Positions 43,993 through 54,438 are shown, counted from the first letter of the stretch. The stretch is DNA of 64,000 nt from Dehalococcoidia bacterium (GCA_965203975.1 CBDBDT010000001.1:648029-712028); one strand, 5' to 3'. Notes: generated by a model from the letters alone, not told the origin. Translations and numbers: made by a program.

Positions 43993-45084
43993 ATGGAGAT
44001 GACTGACCGCGTTTACAACTTTGCCGCCGGACCCGCCGTCCTGCCCCTGCCCGTTCTGGAGGAAGCCCAGCGAGACCTCCTGTCTCTCCCCGGGGTCGGC
44101 ATCTCCGTGCTGGAGATGAGCCACCGCTCCCCGGCTATCGAGGACATGATGCGCTCCGCCGAGGGGGACATCCGCACCTTGGCCGCAATTCCCGACAACT
44201 ACCGCATCCTCTTCCTCCAGGGTGGGGCATCCCTCCAGTTTTCCATGGTTCCCATGAACCTGCTGGGGCAGGGCCAGTCCGCCGACCACATCGTCACCGG
44301 CCATTTCGCCAGGATGGCCCTCCAGGAAGCCCGCACCGTGGGCAGCATCAACCTCGCCGGTTCCACCGAGGGTGATGGATTCAACCGCATTCCCGGCCAG
44401 TCGGAGCTTCAGTTGGACCCGGACGCGGCCTACCTTCACTTCACCACCAACAACACCATCTTCGGCACCGAGTGGCAGGAAGAACCCGACCCCGGCGATG
44501 TCGCCCTGGTGGCCGACGCCTCCTCCAACATCTTCAGCAAGCCCATCAACATCAACCGGTATGGCCTGGTCTACGCCGGCGCCCAGAAGAACCTGGGAGC
44601 CGCCGGCGTCACCCTGGTCGTCATCCGCGAGGACCTTCTGGAACGTTCTCCAGACACCCTTCCGGCCATGCTTAACTACCAAACCCACGCGAAGGGCAAC
44701 TCCGCCTACAACACCCCGCCCGTCTTCGCCGTCTACATCCTTGGTCTCGTCGTCAAGTGGCTCATCGCCCAAGGAGGACTGGAGGCTGCCCAGCGCCGAA
44801 ACCGGGAGAAGGCCGCCCTCCTCTACGACGCCATCGACTCGTCCGAGTACTTTCGCGGCCACGCCCTCCCGGCCCACCGCTCTGCCATGAACGTCACCTT
44901 CCGGCTGCCGGACCAGGACGCCGAGCAGCGGTTCGTCGATGAAGCAGCCGCCCAGGGCCTGGCCGAGCTCAAGGGACACCGCTCCGTTGGCGGCATCCGC
45001 GCCTCCATCTACAACGCCTTCCCCCGCGAGGGAGTAGAAACCCTGGCGTCCTTCATGAAGGAGTTTGAGCGCACCAACGGGTAG
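43993..45084 (+). CDS. serC: phosphoserine aminotransferase
   Basis: YNFAAGPAVLPLPVLEEAQ...EMSHRS pattern. 363 aa. Confidence 0.95.
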   Translation: MEMTDRVYNFAAGPAVLPLPVLEEAQRDLLSLPGVGISVLEMSHRSPAIEDMMRSAEGDIRTLAAIPDNYRILFLQGGASLQFSMVPMNLLGQGQSADHIVTGHFARMALQEARTVGSINLAGSTEGDGFNRIPGQSELQLDPDAAYLHFTTNNTIFGTEWQEEPDPGDVALVADASSNIFSKPININRYGLVYAGAQKNLGAAGVTLVVIREDLLERSPDTLPAMLNYQTHAKGNSAYNTPPVFAVYILGLVVKWLIAQGGLEAAQRRNREKAALLYDAIDSSEYFRGHALPAHRSAMNVTFRLPDQDAEQRFVDEAAAQGLAELKGHRSVGGIRASIYNAFPREGVETLASFMKEFERTNG

Positions 45085-45231
45085 AGTCGTGCGGTCCCTT
45101 ATTGGTGCTAATGGCGGGCCGGATGATGGCCGCGACTGCTCCCTAACCATCACCCCGCTTTGGCGGGTATAATTATGTGCGTCGCACCAGCCCGGCGGCA
45201 GTAAACCTATACCCAGCATGGAGCATCGGAA

Positions 45232-47784
45232 ATGACAACCACCACCGGCGGATCCGTCAACAGCGTGGTCCTGACCAGCGCCACCCAGGCCAATGGAGTG
45301 TCGGTGCCCGACTATGACCGGGGCCATCTGGAAGCCGTCGGCTTCCTCACCGCCATGACTTTGGTGCTCTTGGGGAACTACGCCCAGACCGGCCACTTCG
45401 GCGGCCCCCTGGCCTACACCCCCTACACCGTGGCGACTCACCTCGTCGGACCCAACCTCGGCGGCCTGCGGTACGACTACCGCCGTCCCAAGCACCCCTA
45501 CGCCGACAAGTTCATGCTCGCCGGGGGCCACAACGCCCCAGTCACCTACGCCCTCTGGCTCATCATGGGCGAGGCTATGGCCCGCCGCCACGCCCTCACC
45601 GGCGACGACCGCTACTACGTTGATCCCAACGTTGCCCTACTTTCCATAGATTGCCTCGGGTTCCGCCGCGGCCGGGGCGCCCTGGAAACCCTGCTCAAGG
45701 ACAACGACCTCGAGGACCATCCCCTCATGGCGCAAGCCGGAATCCGCGGCATCCGCGCCCTAGCCGGCCACTCCGAGACCACCGACGTCACCAACGACGT
45801 CAACGGCGGCCCCTCCGGCATCGGCATCGCCACCGCCGCCGGCAAGGCCGCCTTCTGGGACATGGTCGGCGCCCCCGACAGCCTGAAGGTTATGGCCATC
45901 GAGGGCGAGTTCGCCATGACCTCCGGCCACTCCCAGGAGATGAAGACCCAAGCCATGGCACAGCAGGTGGGCAAGCGCCTCCGCATTCTCCTGTCCTACA
46001 ACAACGCCGGCATCGACGATGAGCTGGTTGGCGGGGTCATCAAGCCCCAGTACCAGGGCTACCGCATTGAGGACCAGTGGGCCTCCTACGGCTGGAACGT
46101 CCTGTCCGTGGACAACGGCAACGACTACCACCAGGTCGTCTCCGCTCTCAAAACCATGGAGGACTGGGACCCCTCCGACGACCGGCCTATGATCATGGTC
46201 GGCCGCACCGTCAAGGGATGGTGGCCAGCCGCGGTCAATGGCGAGATTCCGGGATACGGCGAGCAGATCGTCAGCTACGCCAGCCACCCCTACGGCTTCG
46301 CCATGAACAGCGACTACTTCCGGGCCCTGGCCCGGACCTTCGAGGACCGCTTCGGCGTCAAGTTCGTGGGTATCGAGGACGGCCCGGTCTCCAACAACCG
46401 CGACCGACTCATCCAGTTCAAGCAGAACATCGACATCGCCCTCTCCGTCCTGGAGAGCCACGGCCTCGGCGAGTGGATTTCCGACCGCCTCGTCGAGATC
46501 GGCGACTCCGTGGACGACAACCTGCCCCTCCGCATCAACCGGGATGTTGATCCCTTCCAGGACCCCCGCCTGGCCGTGTCCAATCTCCCAATGGAGGCCC
46601 AGCAGGTCGCCGTGACCAATCCCCTCACCGGCGAGGAAAAGCAGGTCGGCATCAAGCTCTTCGAGGAGCCCGGCAACATCCGCGGCACCCGCCGCGCCAT
46701 CTCCGAGATAGTCAAGTACATGAACTACGTGACGGACAACCGCTTCGTCATCGTCGCCGCCGACTTGGCCGACTCCATCAACGTCGAAAACGGCTCCATC
46801 TGGGGCCACTACGACCCGGTTACCAACCCCCTCGGCGTCCGCCTCAAGGCCGGCATACAGGAAGCGGGCAACGTCTCCACCGCCGTCGGATTCGTCGGCC
46901 AGACCGCCTCCCTCGACCCCAAGAAGCACGTCGGCGTCTGGGCTATCAGCGGCACCTACGGCGCGTTCACTCCGTTGATGTACCTTCCATCCCGCGTCTG
47001 GAGCCAGCAGAACCAGGACAGCCCTTTCCGGGTGGGCGTCCTCAACGTCCTCGCCGGGCACTCCGGCCCCGAGACCGCCGCCGACGCCCGCACCCACTTC
47101 GGCATCTTCTCCCCTCAGGTCTGGAAGCTCTTCCCCCGGGGCCAGGCCATCACCCTCAGCTTCTGGGACTACAACGACGTCGCCCCCGGCTACTTCGCCG
47201 CCGCCGAGGTAGCCGCACGCGATCCCAAGGTTGGCGTCATCGTCTTGGAAGTGGCCCGCCCCGACTTCCCGGTCGCTGACCGCAGCGCCTTCGCCGATTC
47301 GGACCTGATCGCCGCCGCCAAGGGGTTCTACGTCATCCGCGATTTCGACCCCGGCCGTCCGAAACAGGGCTACGTCCTCACCCAGGGTTCATCTTCGACG
47401 GTCAATCTCGTCTCCGCCCTCCCTCGGCTGGAAGAGGCCGGCATCAACGTCAAGGTCATCGCCGCCATCAGCGACGAACTCTTCCAACTCCAGCCCGAGG
47501 AATACCGCCGCTCCGTCCTTCCCGACGGTGCTATCTATGACTTGATGATCGTGACCACCGGCACCCGCCGGATGTGGCCCGTGCGGAACCCCGGCCCCCT
47601 CACCGACGAGTATTCCCTCGTTTCCGACTGGCACAACGAATGGCTCACCGGCGGCACCGAGTCCGACGTCATCGCCGAGGCCCACCTGGATGCTGAGTCC
47701 ATCTTCAACGGCATCCGGCGCTTCGCCCTCGACCATGACGAGCGCATCACCCGCCAGCGGGAAATGCTCCAGGGATTGGTCTAG
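45232..47784 (+). CDS. transketolase-family TPP-dependent enzyme, atypically long (850 aa)
   Basis: TGHFGGPLAYTPY, GGPSGIGIATAAGKA and AIEGEFAMTSGHSQE...YNNAGIDD are collinear with the transketolase TPP-binding motifs but divergent. Confidence 0.65.
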   Translation: MTTTTGGSVNSVVLTSATQANGVSVPDYDRGHLEAVGFLTAMTLVLLGNYAQTGHFGGPLAYTPYTVATHLVGPNLGGLRYDYRRPKHPYADKFMLAGGHNAPVTYALWLIMGEAMARRHALTGDDRYYVDPNVALLSIDCLGFRRGRGALETLLKDNDLEDHPLMAQAGIRGIRALAGHSETTDVTNDVNGGPSGIGIATAAGKAAFWDMVGAPDSLKVMAIEGEFAMTSGHSQEMKTQAMAQQVGKRLRILLSYNNAGIDDELVGGVIKPQYQGYRIEDQWASYGWNVLSVDNGNDYHQVVSALKTMEDWDPSDDRPMIMVGRTVKGWWPAAVNGEIPGYGEQIVSYASHPYGFAMNSDYFRALARTFEDRFGVKFVGIEDGPVSNNRDRLIQFKQNIDIALSVLESHGLGEWISDRLVEIGDSVDDNLPLRINRDVDPFQDPRLAVSNLPMEAQQVAVTNPLTGEEKQVGIKLFEEPGNIRGTRRAISEIVKYMNYVTDNRFVIVAADLADSINVENGSIWGHYDPVTNPLGVRLKAGIQEAGNVSTAVGFVGQTASLDPKKHVGVWAISGTYGAFTPLMYLPSRVWSQQNQDSPFRVGVLNVLAGHSGPETAADARTHFGIFSPQVWKLFPRGQAITLSFWDYNDVAPGYFAAAEVAARDPKVGVIVLEVARPDFPVADRSAFADSDLIAAAKGFYVIRDFDPGRPKQGYVLTQGSSSTVNLVSALPRLEEAGINVKVIAAISDELFQLQPEEYRRSVLPDGAIYDLMIVTTGTRRMWPVRNPGPLTDEYSLVSDWHNEWLTGGTESDVIAEAHLDAESIFNGIRRFALDHDERITRQREMLQGLV

Positions 47785-47811
47785 CTCGCCCCAGTTCAGA
47801 AGCCAGCGAAT

Positions 47812-47838
47812 GAGGCCGCCGGGCGTTCCGGCGGCCTC
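47812..47838. terminator. 11-bp GC hairpin between convergent genes
   Basis: GAGGCCGCCGG-GCGTT-CCGGCGGCCTC followed by TTGCATT. Confidence 0.45.
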
Positions 47839-47872
47839 TTGCATTCCGCTCGATTCGGGAGAGTGTGTTCGG

Positions 47873-48718
47873 TCAGCCTATCAGCTTGGCCAGGTCGTCC
47901 AGTACCGGCAGCACCGTATCCCGGTCCTCCGGGGGCAGGGTCAACAGCACCCGGGATACTCCGTCCTGCTCCATCCTCGCGATGGTGTCGGCGTCCGGGC
48001 TTACCCCGAAGATGGTAATTGGCACCGCGTCGGGATCGCGCCCCGCGTCTTCCAGACGGGTCCGCAGCAGCGCGACCTTCTCTCCCAGCGTGGGACCTGA
48101 GTTGACCCTCCCGCCAATGGGCATCCACCCGTCGGCGAACTCCACCACCCGGTCGAAGGTCCGCGGCCCGTCGCCGCCCATGAATATCGGCGGATGCGGC
48201 GTCTGGACCGGCTTCGGATAGGACCAGATGGGGTCGAAGTCCACGAAGTCCCCGTGAAACTCCGGCTCTTCCTCGGTCCAAATGGTCTTCATCGCCAGGA
48301 TGTTCTCCCGCAGGATGCGCCACCTTCGCCGGAAGTTCGTCCCGTGGTTCTCCATTTCCTCGGCGTTCCACCCGCCCCCGATCCCGAACATGAACCTACC
48401 GTTGGAAATCTGGTCCACACTGGCAACCTCCTTGGCCATCACGATTGGATCGCGCTCGATGACCAGGCAGATGCCCGTCCCCAGCTTCAGCGTCGTGGTT
48501 GCCGCCGCTGCCGCCGTCAGCGCGACAAACGGGTCGTAGCAGTGCCAGTACTCCCTCGGCAGGTCTCCTCCGCCGGGCCACGGGCTGCGCCGCGACGCGG
48601 GAATGTGCGTATGCTCGGGAAACCAGATGGACTCGAATCCCCGCGCTTCCACTTCACGGGCCAACTCGTCGGGTCTGATTGCGTAGTCCGTGGGAAACAT
48701 GTAGACTCCGTAATCCAT
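47873..48718 (-). CDS. LLM-class (F420-dependent-type) oxidoreductase
   Basis: MDYGVYMFPTDYAIRPDELAREVEARGFESIWFPEHTHIP pattern. SD AGGAGG. Confidence 0.85.
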   Translation of the reverse strand: MDYGVYMFPTDYAIRPDELAREVEARGFESIWFPEHTHIPASRRSPWPGGGDLPREYWHCYDPFVALTAAAAATTTLKLGTGICLVIERDPIVMAKEVASVDQISNGRFMFGIGGGWNAEEMENHGTNFRRRWRILRENILAMKTIWTEEEPEFHGDFVDFDPIWSYPKPVQTPHPPIFMGGDGPRTFDRVVEFADGWMPIGGRVNSGPTLGEKVALLRTRLEDAGRDPDAVPITIFGVSPDADTIARMEQDGVSRVLLTLPPEDRDTVLPVLDDLAKLIG

Positions 48719-48898
48719 AAGGCCTCCTGAGCTGTTTTCCGGCTTGGCGCTCCCCATTTCGGTAGGCTCAAGGGAACGCGTCGCCGATTATATTGACTGC
48801 CGCTCCCGGTGTACACCGGAATTGGCCCCCGGAGAACCCCACACTGGCCCTCTCCACCGTTCCCACCCCTCTTCAGCTACTGCCCTGCCGAGAACGCC

Positions 48899-49675
48899 AT
48901 GATTCCCGAAACCGACTACTCCGCCCTGGATCGCCCGGAAATATCCAGGAACTCCTTCTACCCCCGGGCGGGTTGGACTCCCACCCCCGCCGGTGCGGAG
49001 GACTACTTCATACCCATTGAAGACGGTATTCAACTCTCCAGCCGCTTCTTCACCGCCGGCGCCGGGCAGCCCACCATCCTGTTCTTCTACGGCAACGGCG
49101 AGACTGCCCCGGACTACGACCGGATCGCCCCCTTCTACGTCCAGACCGGCGTCAACTTCTTTGTTTCCGACTACCGGGGTTACGGCCGCAGCGGAGGGTC
49201 TCCCACCTTCCCCTCCATGATCGCCGACTGCCACCTCGTCCTGGACGCCCTGACTGAAATGCTGGTCTCGGAAGGCTACAACGGCCCCGTGTTCGCCATG
49301 GGACGCTCCATGGGCCGCCACGCCGCCTTCGAGCTGGCAACCCGCCGGGACGCGGATCTGGGCGGCGTCATTATCGAGAGCGGCCGCCCCACCCTGGGCC
49401 AGTTCCTCTACGGCCTCCCCCCGGATGAAGCCCGTGGGCTGGAGGAGGGGTACGTACACAAGGTTGCTTCCATCCACATCCCGGCATTGGTGATTCACGG
49501 CGAAATGGACGAGTTGGCCCCTCTTGCCCAGGCCCGGGCCATGTTCGACAGCCTGGCGTCGGCGCAGAAACAGATGCTTACCATTCCCAACGCCGGGCAC
49601 AATGACCTGCTCTTCCAGGGGCTGCCCGATTACTTCGGCGCCATCCGGGAGTTCGTGTTCGGTGGGCAGGGCTGA
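48899..49675 (+). CDS. alpha/beta hydrolase
   Basis: DYRGYGRSGG and nucleophile elbow GRSMG. Confidence 0.8.
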   Translation: MIPETDYSALDRPEISRNSFYPRAGWTPTPAGAEDYFIPIEDGIQLSSRFFTAGAGQPTILFFYGNGETAPDYDRIAPFYVQTGVNFFVSDYRGYGRSGGSPTFPSMIADCHLVLDALTEMLVSEGYNGPVFAMGRSMGRHAAFELATRRDADLGGVIIESGRPTLGQFLYGLPPDEARGLEEGYVHKVASIHIPALVIHGEMDELAPLAQARAMFDSLASAQKQMLTIPNAGHNDLLFQGLPDYFGAIREFVFGGQG

Positions 49676-49679
49676 CCCC

Positions 49680-49979
49680 GTGCCCGACAACAACCGCATC
49701 CTGCTGGTGGGGCGCCAGCAGGCCCGCATTCAACATCTGACCGGCATCCTGGAAATGGCTGGGTTCATCGTCACCGCCACCACCGACGACGGCGTGGCCA
49801 TCGACCTGGCCGGGTCCTCCACCTACGAAGCCCTCCTCATCGACAACGACGTTGCCCAGCCGGACCGCCGCTACGTCGCCACCCAGTGCCGCAACCGGGA
49901 CCCCCTGCTGATCGTCCTGACCGTCAACAGCCCCCGCTCCCTGCTGACCCAGCTCCGCCAGGCCGGGTTGCGCACCTGA
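49680..49979 (+). CDS. stand-alone receiver-like (possibly degenerate CheY-like) domain
   Basis: GTG 49680. ILLVG...ALLIDNDV...LLIVLT beta-alpha periodicity. The N-terminal acidic pair is absent. Confidence 0.4.
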   Translation: MPDNNRILLVGRQQARIQHLTGILEMAGFIVTATTDDGVAIDLAGSSTYEALLIDNDVAQPDRRYVATQCRNRDPLLIVLTVNSPRSLLTQLRQAGLRT

Positions 49980-49992
49980 CCCTTTCGGACCG

Positions 49993-50916
49993 CTAGTCCA
50001 CCTCTCCGTCGGCCCACGCCTTGATGATGTGGTAGGCGATGGCCACCGGGCCCGGCAGCAGCAGTTCCTCGGTCTTCTCTTCCAGGGCCAGCTTCACCGT
50101 CTCCCGGTCAAACCACTGCACGTCCGTCATCTCCTCGTCGTCCATGTGGATGTCCGTCGTGGCGGCGTGAGCGTGGCAGCCCATCATCAGCGAGGACGGA
50201 AAGGGCCACGGCTGGGATGAATGGTACCGCACGTCCTTCACCTGGATGCCCGCTTCTTCCATGATCTCCCGCGCCACCGCTTCCTCAATGCTCTCCCCCT
50301 GGTCCACGAACCCGGCCAGCGCCGAGTAGCGGTTCAGGCGGGCCAGGCGTCCCCGGGACTGTCCCAGCAGGCACCGCTCTCCGTCGGACACGACGGTGAT
50401 GACCACCGGGTCCACCCGGGGAAAATGTTCCGCTTTGCACTGGGGACACTCCCGCTTCTGTCCGCCCCGCCGTATCTCCGTCGGATTCCCGCAGACCGAG
50501 CAGAAACCGTGCCGGTTGTGCCAGTTGATCTGGCACCGTCCCTGGGCCAGTATCCCGGCCTCCGGGCCTGCCAGCTGCTCCGCTGCCGCGCGGGCTTCCT
50601 CGAAGACCAGGTTGGGCATGTCGGCGATGGCGTCCCCGGCCCCAAGACTCTGGGACAGGTCTACCGCAAAGTAGGTAACGCCCTCCTCCATGCCGAGCAG
50701 CAACGGAATGCCGTCAAACCCGCTGGCGTCCAGTTCCTGGCGGTTTATCCACCCCAGCCGGGGCTGGTCGTCCCCGGTAACCAGGACGTGGGGTCCGCGC
50801 ATCGGCAGAAATCGGCTGGATGGGAGAGTCCCCTGCTCGCGGATCCATTCCTCGTCCCTGCGTTCTCGTTCCCCCCGGTCCAGGGGATTCCCGGCGAAAA
50901 TATGCGGGTCTCTCAA
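49993..50916 (-). CDS. nudC: NAD+ diphosphatase (NADH pyrophosphatase) NudC
   Basis: Zinc ribbon CSVCGNPT...CPQC followed by the Nudix box GFVDQGESIEEAVAREIMEEAGI. TTG start 7 nt after AAAGGAG. Confidence 0.85.
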   Translation of the reverse strand: MRDPHIFAGNPLDRGERERRDEEWIREQGTLPSSRFLPMRGPHVLVTGDDQPRLGWINRQELDASGFDGIPLLLGMEEGVTYFAVDLSQSLGAGDAIADMPNLVFEEARAAAEQLAGPEAGILAQGRCQINWHNRHGFCSVCGNPTEIRRGGQKRECPQCKAEHFPRVDPVVITVVSDGERCLLGQSRGRLARLNRYSALAGFVDQGESIEEAVAREIMEEAGIQVKDVRYHSSQPWPFPSSLMMGCHAHAATTDIHMDDEEMTDVQWFDRETVKLALEEKTEELLLPGPVAIAYHIIKAWADGEVD

Positions 50917-51118
50917 CGGAATACTCCTTTGGGATTACGATTCGCACCATTAAACAGCCAACCGCCCCCGAAGGCAACCCGGGCTGTCCCGGGGAATGGG
51001 TATAGTCTTGGGATTCGCAGTGGATTAGAATTGCCCCGTCCAACCCTTCGTAGCCCTGCTTCCAGAACCCTGCTACAGGAAAGCCGCCCCGGCCTAACCT
51101 CATCCCCTCGGAGCCGTC

Positions 51119-52063
51119 ATGTCCTTGTCGCCCGATGAAATGCTGGAAATGTACCGCCGGATGGTTACCATCCGTGCTTTCACCCGCCGCGCCGCCCAGG
51201 AATCCCTCTCCGGCAACCTCCCCAGCCCGGTCCAGGCCACGGGAGGGGAGGAAGCCTCCGCCGTCGGCGTCTGCGCCGCCCTGCGGTCCACGGACCGGAT
51301 AACCGGCACCCACCGCAGCATCGGACACGCCATCGCCAAGGGACTGGAACTCGGTCCCCTCATGGCCGAACTTTACGGCCGGACCAACGGTTGCTGCGGC
51401 GGCAAGGGGGGCGCCATGCACATCGCCGATTTCCAGCGGGGCATGTTGGGAGCGAACGGCATTGTCGGCGGCGGTCTGCCCATCGCGGCCGGCGCGGCCC
51501 TGGCGGCCCAACTTGAAGGCAGCGGCGGCGTGGCCGTCGCCTTCTTTGGGGATGGCGCATCCAACGAGGGCACATTCCACAGCACCCTCAACCTGGCTTC
51601 CATCTGGAAGCTCCCTCTGGTTTTCGTTTGCGAGAACAACGGCTGGGCCATCGCCGTTCCGGCCTCCTACGCCCTGTCCGTCGAGGACGTTTCCGTCCGG
51701 GCCGTCTCCTACGACCTCCCTGGTTTCACCGTGGACGGCTCCGATGTCCTGGCCGTTTACGAAGCTGCCTCCCATGCTGTCGCCAGGGCCAGGAGTGGGG
51801 AGGGCCCCACCCTCATCGAATGCAAGACCAGGCGCCTGCCCCTCACGGGTTCAGAGCCCTCCGAACCGCCCGGCCTGGATGACGGCGGTACCGGATACGC
51901 CGACCCCATCCCGGCCTTCGCCGCCACGTTGGGACTCGGCCCGGAACAATTGCAGGAAGTCCACCGGGAAGTCGCCCGCACGTTGGACGATGCGGCCGAA
52001 TTTGCCGGCTCCGGACCGGTCCCCGGCCCCGAAGACGCTTTGGCTGGAGTGTTCGCCGGTTAG
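51119..52063 (+). CDS. 2-oxoacid (pyruvate/acetoin-type) dehydrogenase E1 alpha subunit
   Basis: YRRMVTIRAF..., GGKGGAMH, FFGDGASNEGTFHSTLNLASIWKLPLVFVCENN TPP motif. Confidence 0.9.
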   Translation: MSLSPDEMLEMYRRMVTIRAFTRRAAQESLSGNLPSPVQATGGEEASAVGVCAALRSTDRITGTHRSIGHAIAKGLELGPLMAELYGRTNGCCGGKGGAMHIADFQRGMLGANGIVGGGLPIAAGAALAAQLEGSGGVAVAFFGDGASNEGTFHSTLNLASIWKLPLVFVCENNGWAIAVPASYALSVEDVSVRAVSYDLPGFTVDGSDVLAVYEAASHAVARARSGEGPTLIECKTRRLPLTGSEPSEPPGLDDGGTGYADPIPAFAATLGLGPEQLQEVHREVARTLDDAAEFAGSGPVPGPEDALAGVFAG

Positions 52064-52119
52064 CCGTCCGCCCGGGATTTCCCTGTCCGACGCCTCATAA
52101 GGAGGATAAGAGCGACCGA

Positions 52120-53088
52120 ATGCGCGAGATAACCTACGTAGAAGCCCTCCTGGAAGCCTTCCGGGAAGAAATGCGCCGCGACGAGAAGGTTTTCCACCTG
52201 TGCGGCGGATTGGGTCCCCTGGAAGACCTCATACCCGAGTTCGGCGCCCAGCGGGTGCGCGTCTGTCCCATCTCCGAGGATGCCTACGTGGGGGCAGGCA
52301 TCGGAGCGGCCGGCTGCGGCTTCCGGCCCATCATCAGCCCCGGGCTCATGGCCTTCGCCTTCACCGCTATGGACCAGATCGTTAACCAGATGGCCAAGGT
52401 CCACTACATGTTCGGCGGACAAGCCCAGTTTCCCATCGTGCTCCGAGCTGCCACCGGAGGGGGAAGGGCTGCGGCTGCCCAGCACTGCCAGAGCTCCCAC
52501 CCCTTCTTCCTCAACCTGCCGGGCCTCAAGGTCGTCATGCCCTCCACTCCCAGCGACGCCAAGGGCCTGATGAAGACCGCCATCCGGGACAACAACCCGG
52601 TCGTCTTCTTCGAGCCCCAGGGATACGGCATCGCCGGCCTCACCGGCCCGGTCCCCGAGGATGAGTACACCATCCCCATCGGCGCTGCCGACGTCAAGCG
52701 CCCCGGCTCCGACGTTACCATCGTCGCCATCGGCCACATGGTGCAGGAGTCCCTTTCCGCCGCAGAATCGCTGGCGGAGCGGCATGGCGTAGCGGCGGAA
52801 GTCGTTGACCCCCGGACCCTTGTTCCCCTGGACCGCGCATCCCTCCAGGAATCGGTCATCAAGACCGGCCGGCTCGTCGTCGTCGACGAGGCCAGCTCAA
52901 CCGGAAGCGCCGCCGCCGAAATCATCGCCGCCGTTACCGAGTCCGCCGCCTTCTCCGCCCTGAAAGGCCCTCCCCGCCGCGTGTGCGCTCCCGATGTCCC
53001 AATCCCGTACAGCCCCGCCATGGAGCAACACTGCGTCCCCCGCTCCGGCGACATCGTCTCCGCTGTTCTCGAGGTGGTCGGGCGGTAA
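52120..53088 (+). CDS. 2-oxoacid dehydrogenase E1 beta subunit
   Basis: MREITYVEALLEAFREEM... and PVVFFEP pattern. Directly follows E1 alpha. Confidence 0.9.
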   Translation: MREITYVEALLEAFREEMRRDEKVFHLCGGLGPLEDLIPEFGAQRVRVCPISEDAYVGAGIGAAGCGFRPIISPGLMAFAFTAMDQIVNQMAKVHYMFGGQAQFPIVLRAATGGGRAAAAQHCQSSHPFFLNLPGLKVVMPSTPSDAKGLMKTAIRDNNPVVFFEPQGYGIAGLTGPVPEDEYTIPIGAADVKRPGSDVTIVAIGHMVQESLSAAESLAERHGVAAEVVDPRTLVPLDRASLQESVIKTGRLVVVDEASSTGSAAAEIIAAVTESAAFSALKGPPRRVCAPDVPIPYSPAMEQHCVPRSGDIVSAVLEVVGR

Positions 53089-53147
53089 CCCATTCTCTTC
53101 CGGTGCTCTGGTCGTTGTGCCTTCCTTCATCCCGCTCTTGCCCTTTG

Positions 53148-53176
53148 TTGACAGGAACCGGGTGCCGGGGCAGAAT
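53148..53176 (+). promoter_or_regulatory. sigma-70-like promoter candidate
   Basis: TTGACA - 17 nt - CAGAAT upstream of the LLM gene. Confidence 0.3.
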
Positions 53177-53268
53177 TGTCCCAAGTTCTTCTGGCCGCCG
53201 GACACTGTTCCAGGTTCCTTAGAATCGGTGTCCCCCGGCATCAAACCGCAAAGGGAGGCAAACGGAAA

Positions 53269-54438
53269 ATGGCATTGCCGGAACGCATGAGGTTCGGAAT
53301 ATTCCTCGGCCCCTTCCACCGTGTCGGCGAAAACCCCACCCTGGCCATCGAGCGCGACCTGGAGTTGGTGGAGTGGCTCGACCATCTCGGATTCGACGAA
53401 GCGTGGATTGGTGAGCACCACAGCGCGGGCTGGGAGATTATCTCCTCGCCCGAGGTATTCATCGGAGCCGCCGCCCAGCGCACCAAGCGCATCAAGCTAG
53501 GGACCGGCGTGGTCAGCCTTCCCTACCACCATCCCCTGATGGTCGCCAACCGGATGGTCCAATTGGACCACATGACCTACGGCCGCGTCCTCTTCGGCGT
53601 CGGCCCCGGCGCTCTCCCCGGGGACGCCTACATGATGGGCATCCCCCACGAGTTGCAGCGCGAGCGCATGGATGAGTCCCTGGGCATCATCCTTCGCCTT
53701 TTCACCGAGACCGAACCCATCACCTACAAGAGCGACTGGTTCGAGCTCAAGGAGGGCCTGCTCCAGTTGCGGCCCTACCAGCGGCCCTACATGCACACCG
53801 CCGTCGCCTCGGTCCAGTCCCCCGCCGGCGTCACCCTGGCCGGAAAGTACGGCTGTTCCGTGCTCACCATCACCGTGCCCCGCGACCCGTCTGCCGGCCC
53901 CTCCGACCTGGGTGCCCTGTGGGCCATCGCCGAAGAATCCGCCGCCGAGCACGGGCAGACCATGAACCGGGACGACTGGCGCTTGGTCCTCCCCATGCAC
54001 CTGGCCGAGTCCCGCAAGGAAGCCCTCGACGATGCCCGCATGGGAGCCGGCCAGTACCTTCGGGAGTACTCCGAGCAGACCAACGGCCGCAAGGCCGCTT
54101 TCGATGGGCCGCTGGACAAGGTCATCGACCACATGGCCGACAATGGCTCCTGGATCGTTGGCACCCCCGACGACTGCATCGAAGCCATCGAGCGGCTGGA
54201 CGAGCAGAGCGGCGGGTTCGGCGCTTTCCTGGTCCAGACGATCGACTGGGCGCCCCGGGAGAAGATGCTCAAGAGCTATGAGCTGTTCGCCCGCTACGTG
54301 ATGCCCCACTTCCAGGGCTCGGTGCTTAGCACCCAGGCGTCCAACCAGTGGGCGAGGGAGCGCCAGGAAGACTTGGTCAGCGGCCGTGTCCGCGCCATCG
54401 ACCGGGCCAAGGCCGCCTACGCCGCCCGCGCCGGATAG
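53269..54438 (+). CDS. LLM-class flavin-dependent monooxygenase
   Basis: RFGIFLGPFH...LGFDEAWIGEHHSAGWE...GTGVVSLPYHHPLMVANR pattern. SD GGGAGG. Confidence 0.85.
   Translation: MALPERMRFGIFLGPFHRVGENPTLAIERDLELVEWLDHLGFDEAWIGEHHSAGWEIISSPEVFIGAAAQRTKRIKLGTGVVSLPYHHPLMVANRMVQLDHMTYGRVLFGVGPGALPGDAYMMGIPHELQRERMDESLGIILRLFTETEPITYKSDWFELKEGLLQLRPYQRPYMHTAVASVQSPAGVTLAGKYGCSVLTITVPRDPSAGPSDLGALWAIAEESAAEHGQTMNRDDWRLVLPMHLAESRKEALDDARMGAGQYLREYSEQTNGRKAAFDGPLDKVIDHMADNGSWIVGTPDDCIEAIERLDEQSGGFGAFLVQTIDWAPREKMLKSYELFARYVMPHFQGSVLSTQASNQWARERQEDLVSGRVRAIDRAKAAYAARAG

Noticed and set aside
43804-45591. 595-aa minus-strand ORF spanning the serC region
   Set aside because: This is a shadow ORF running antisense to the unmistakable serC and the start of the transketolase-like gene. 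It also crosses an intergenic region, which real genes in this window do not do.
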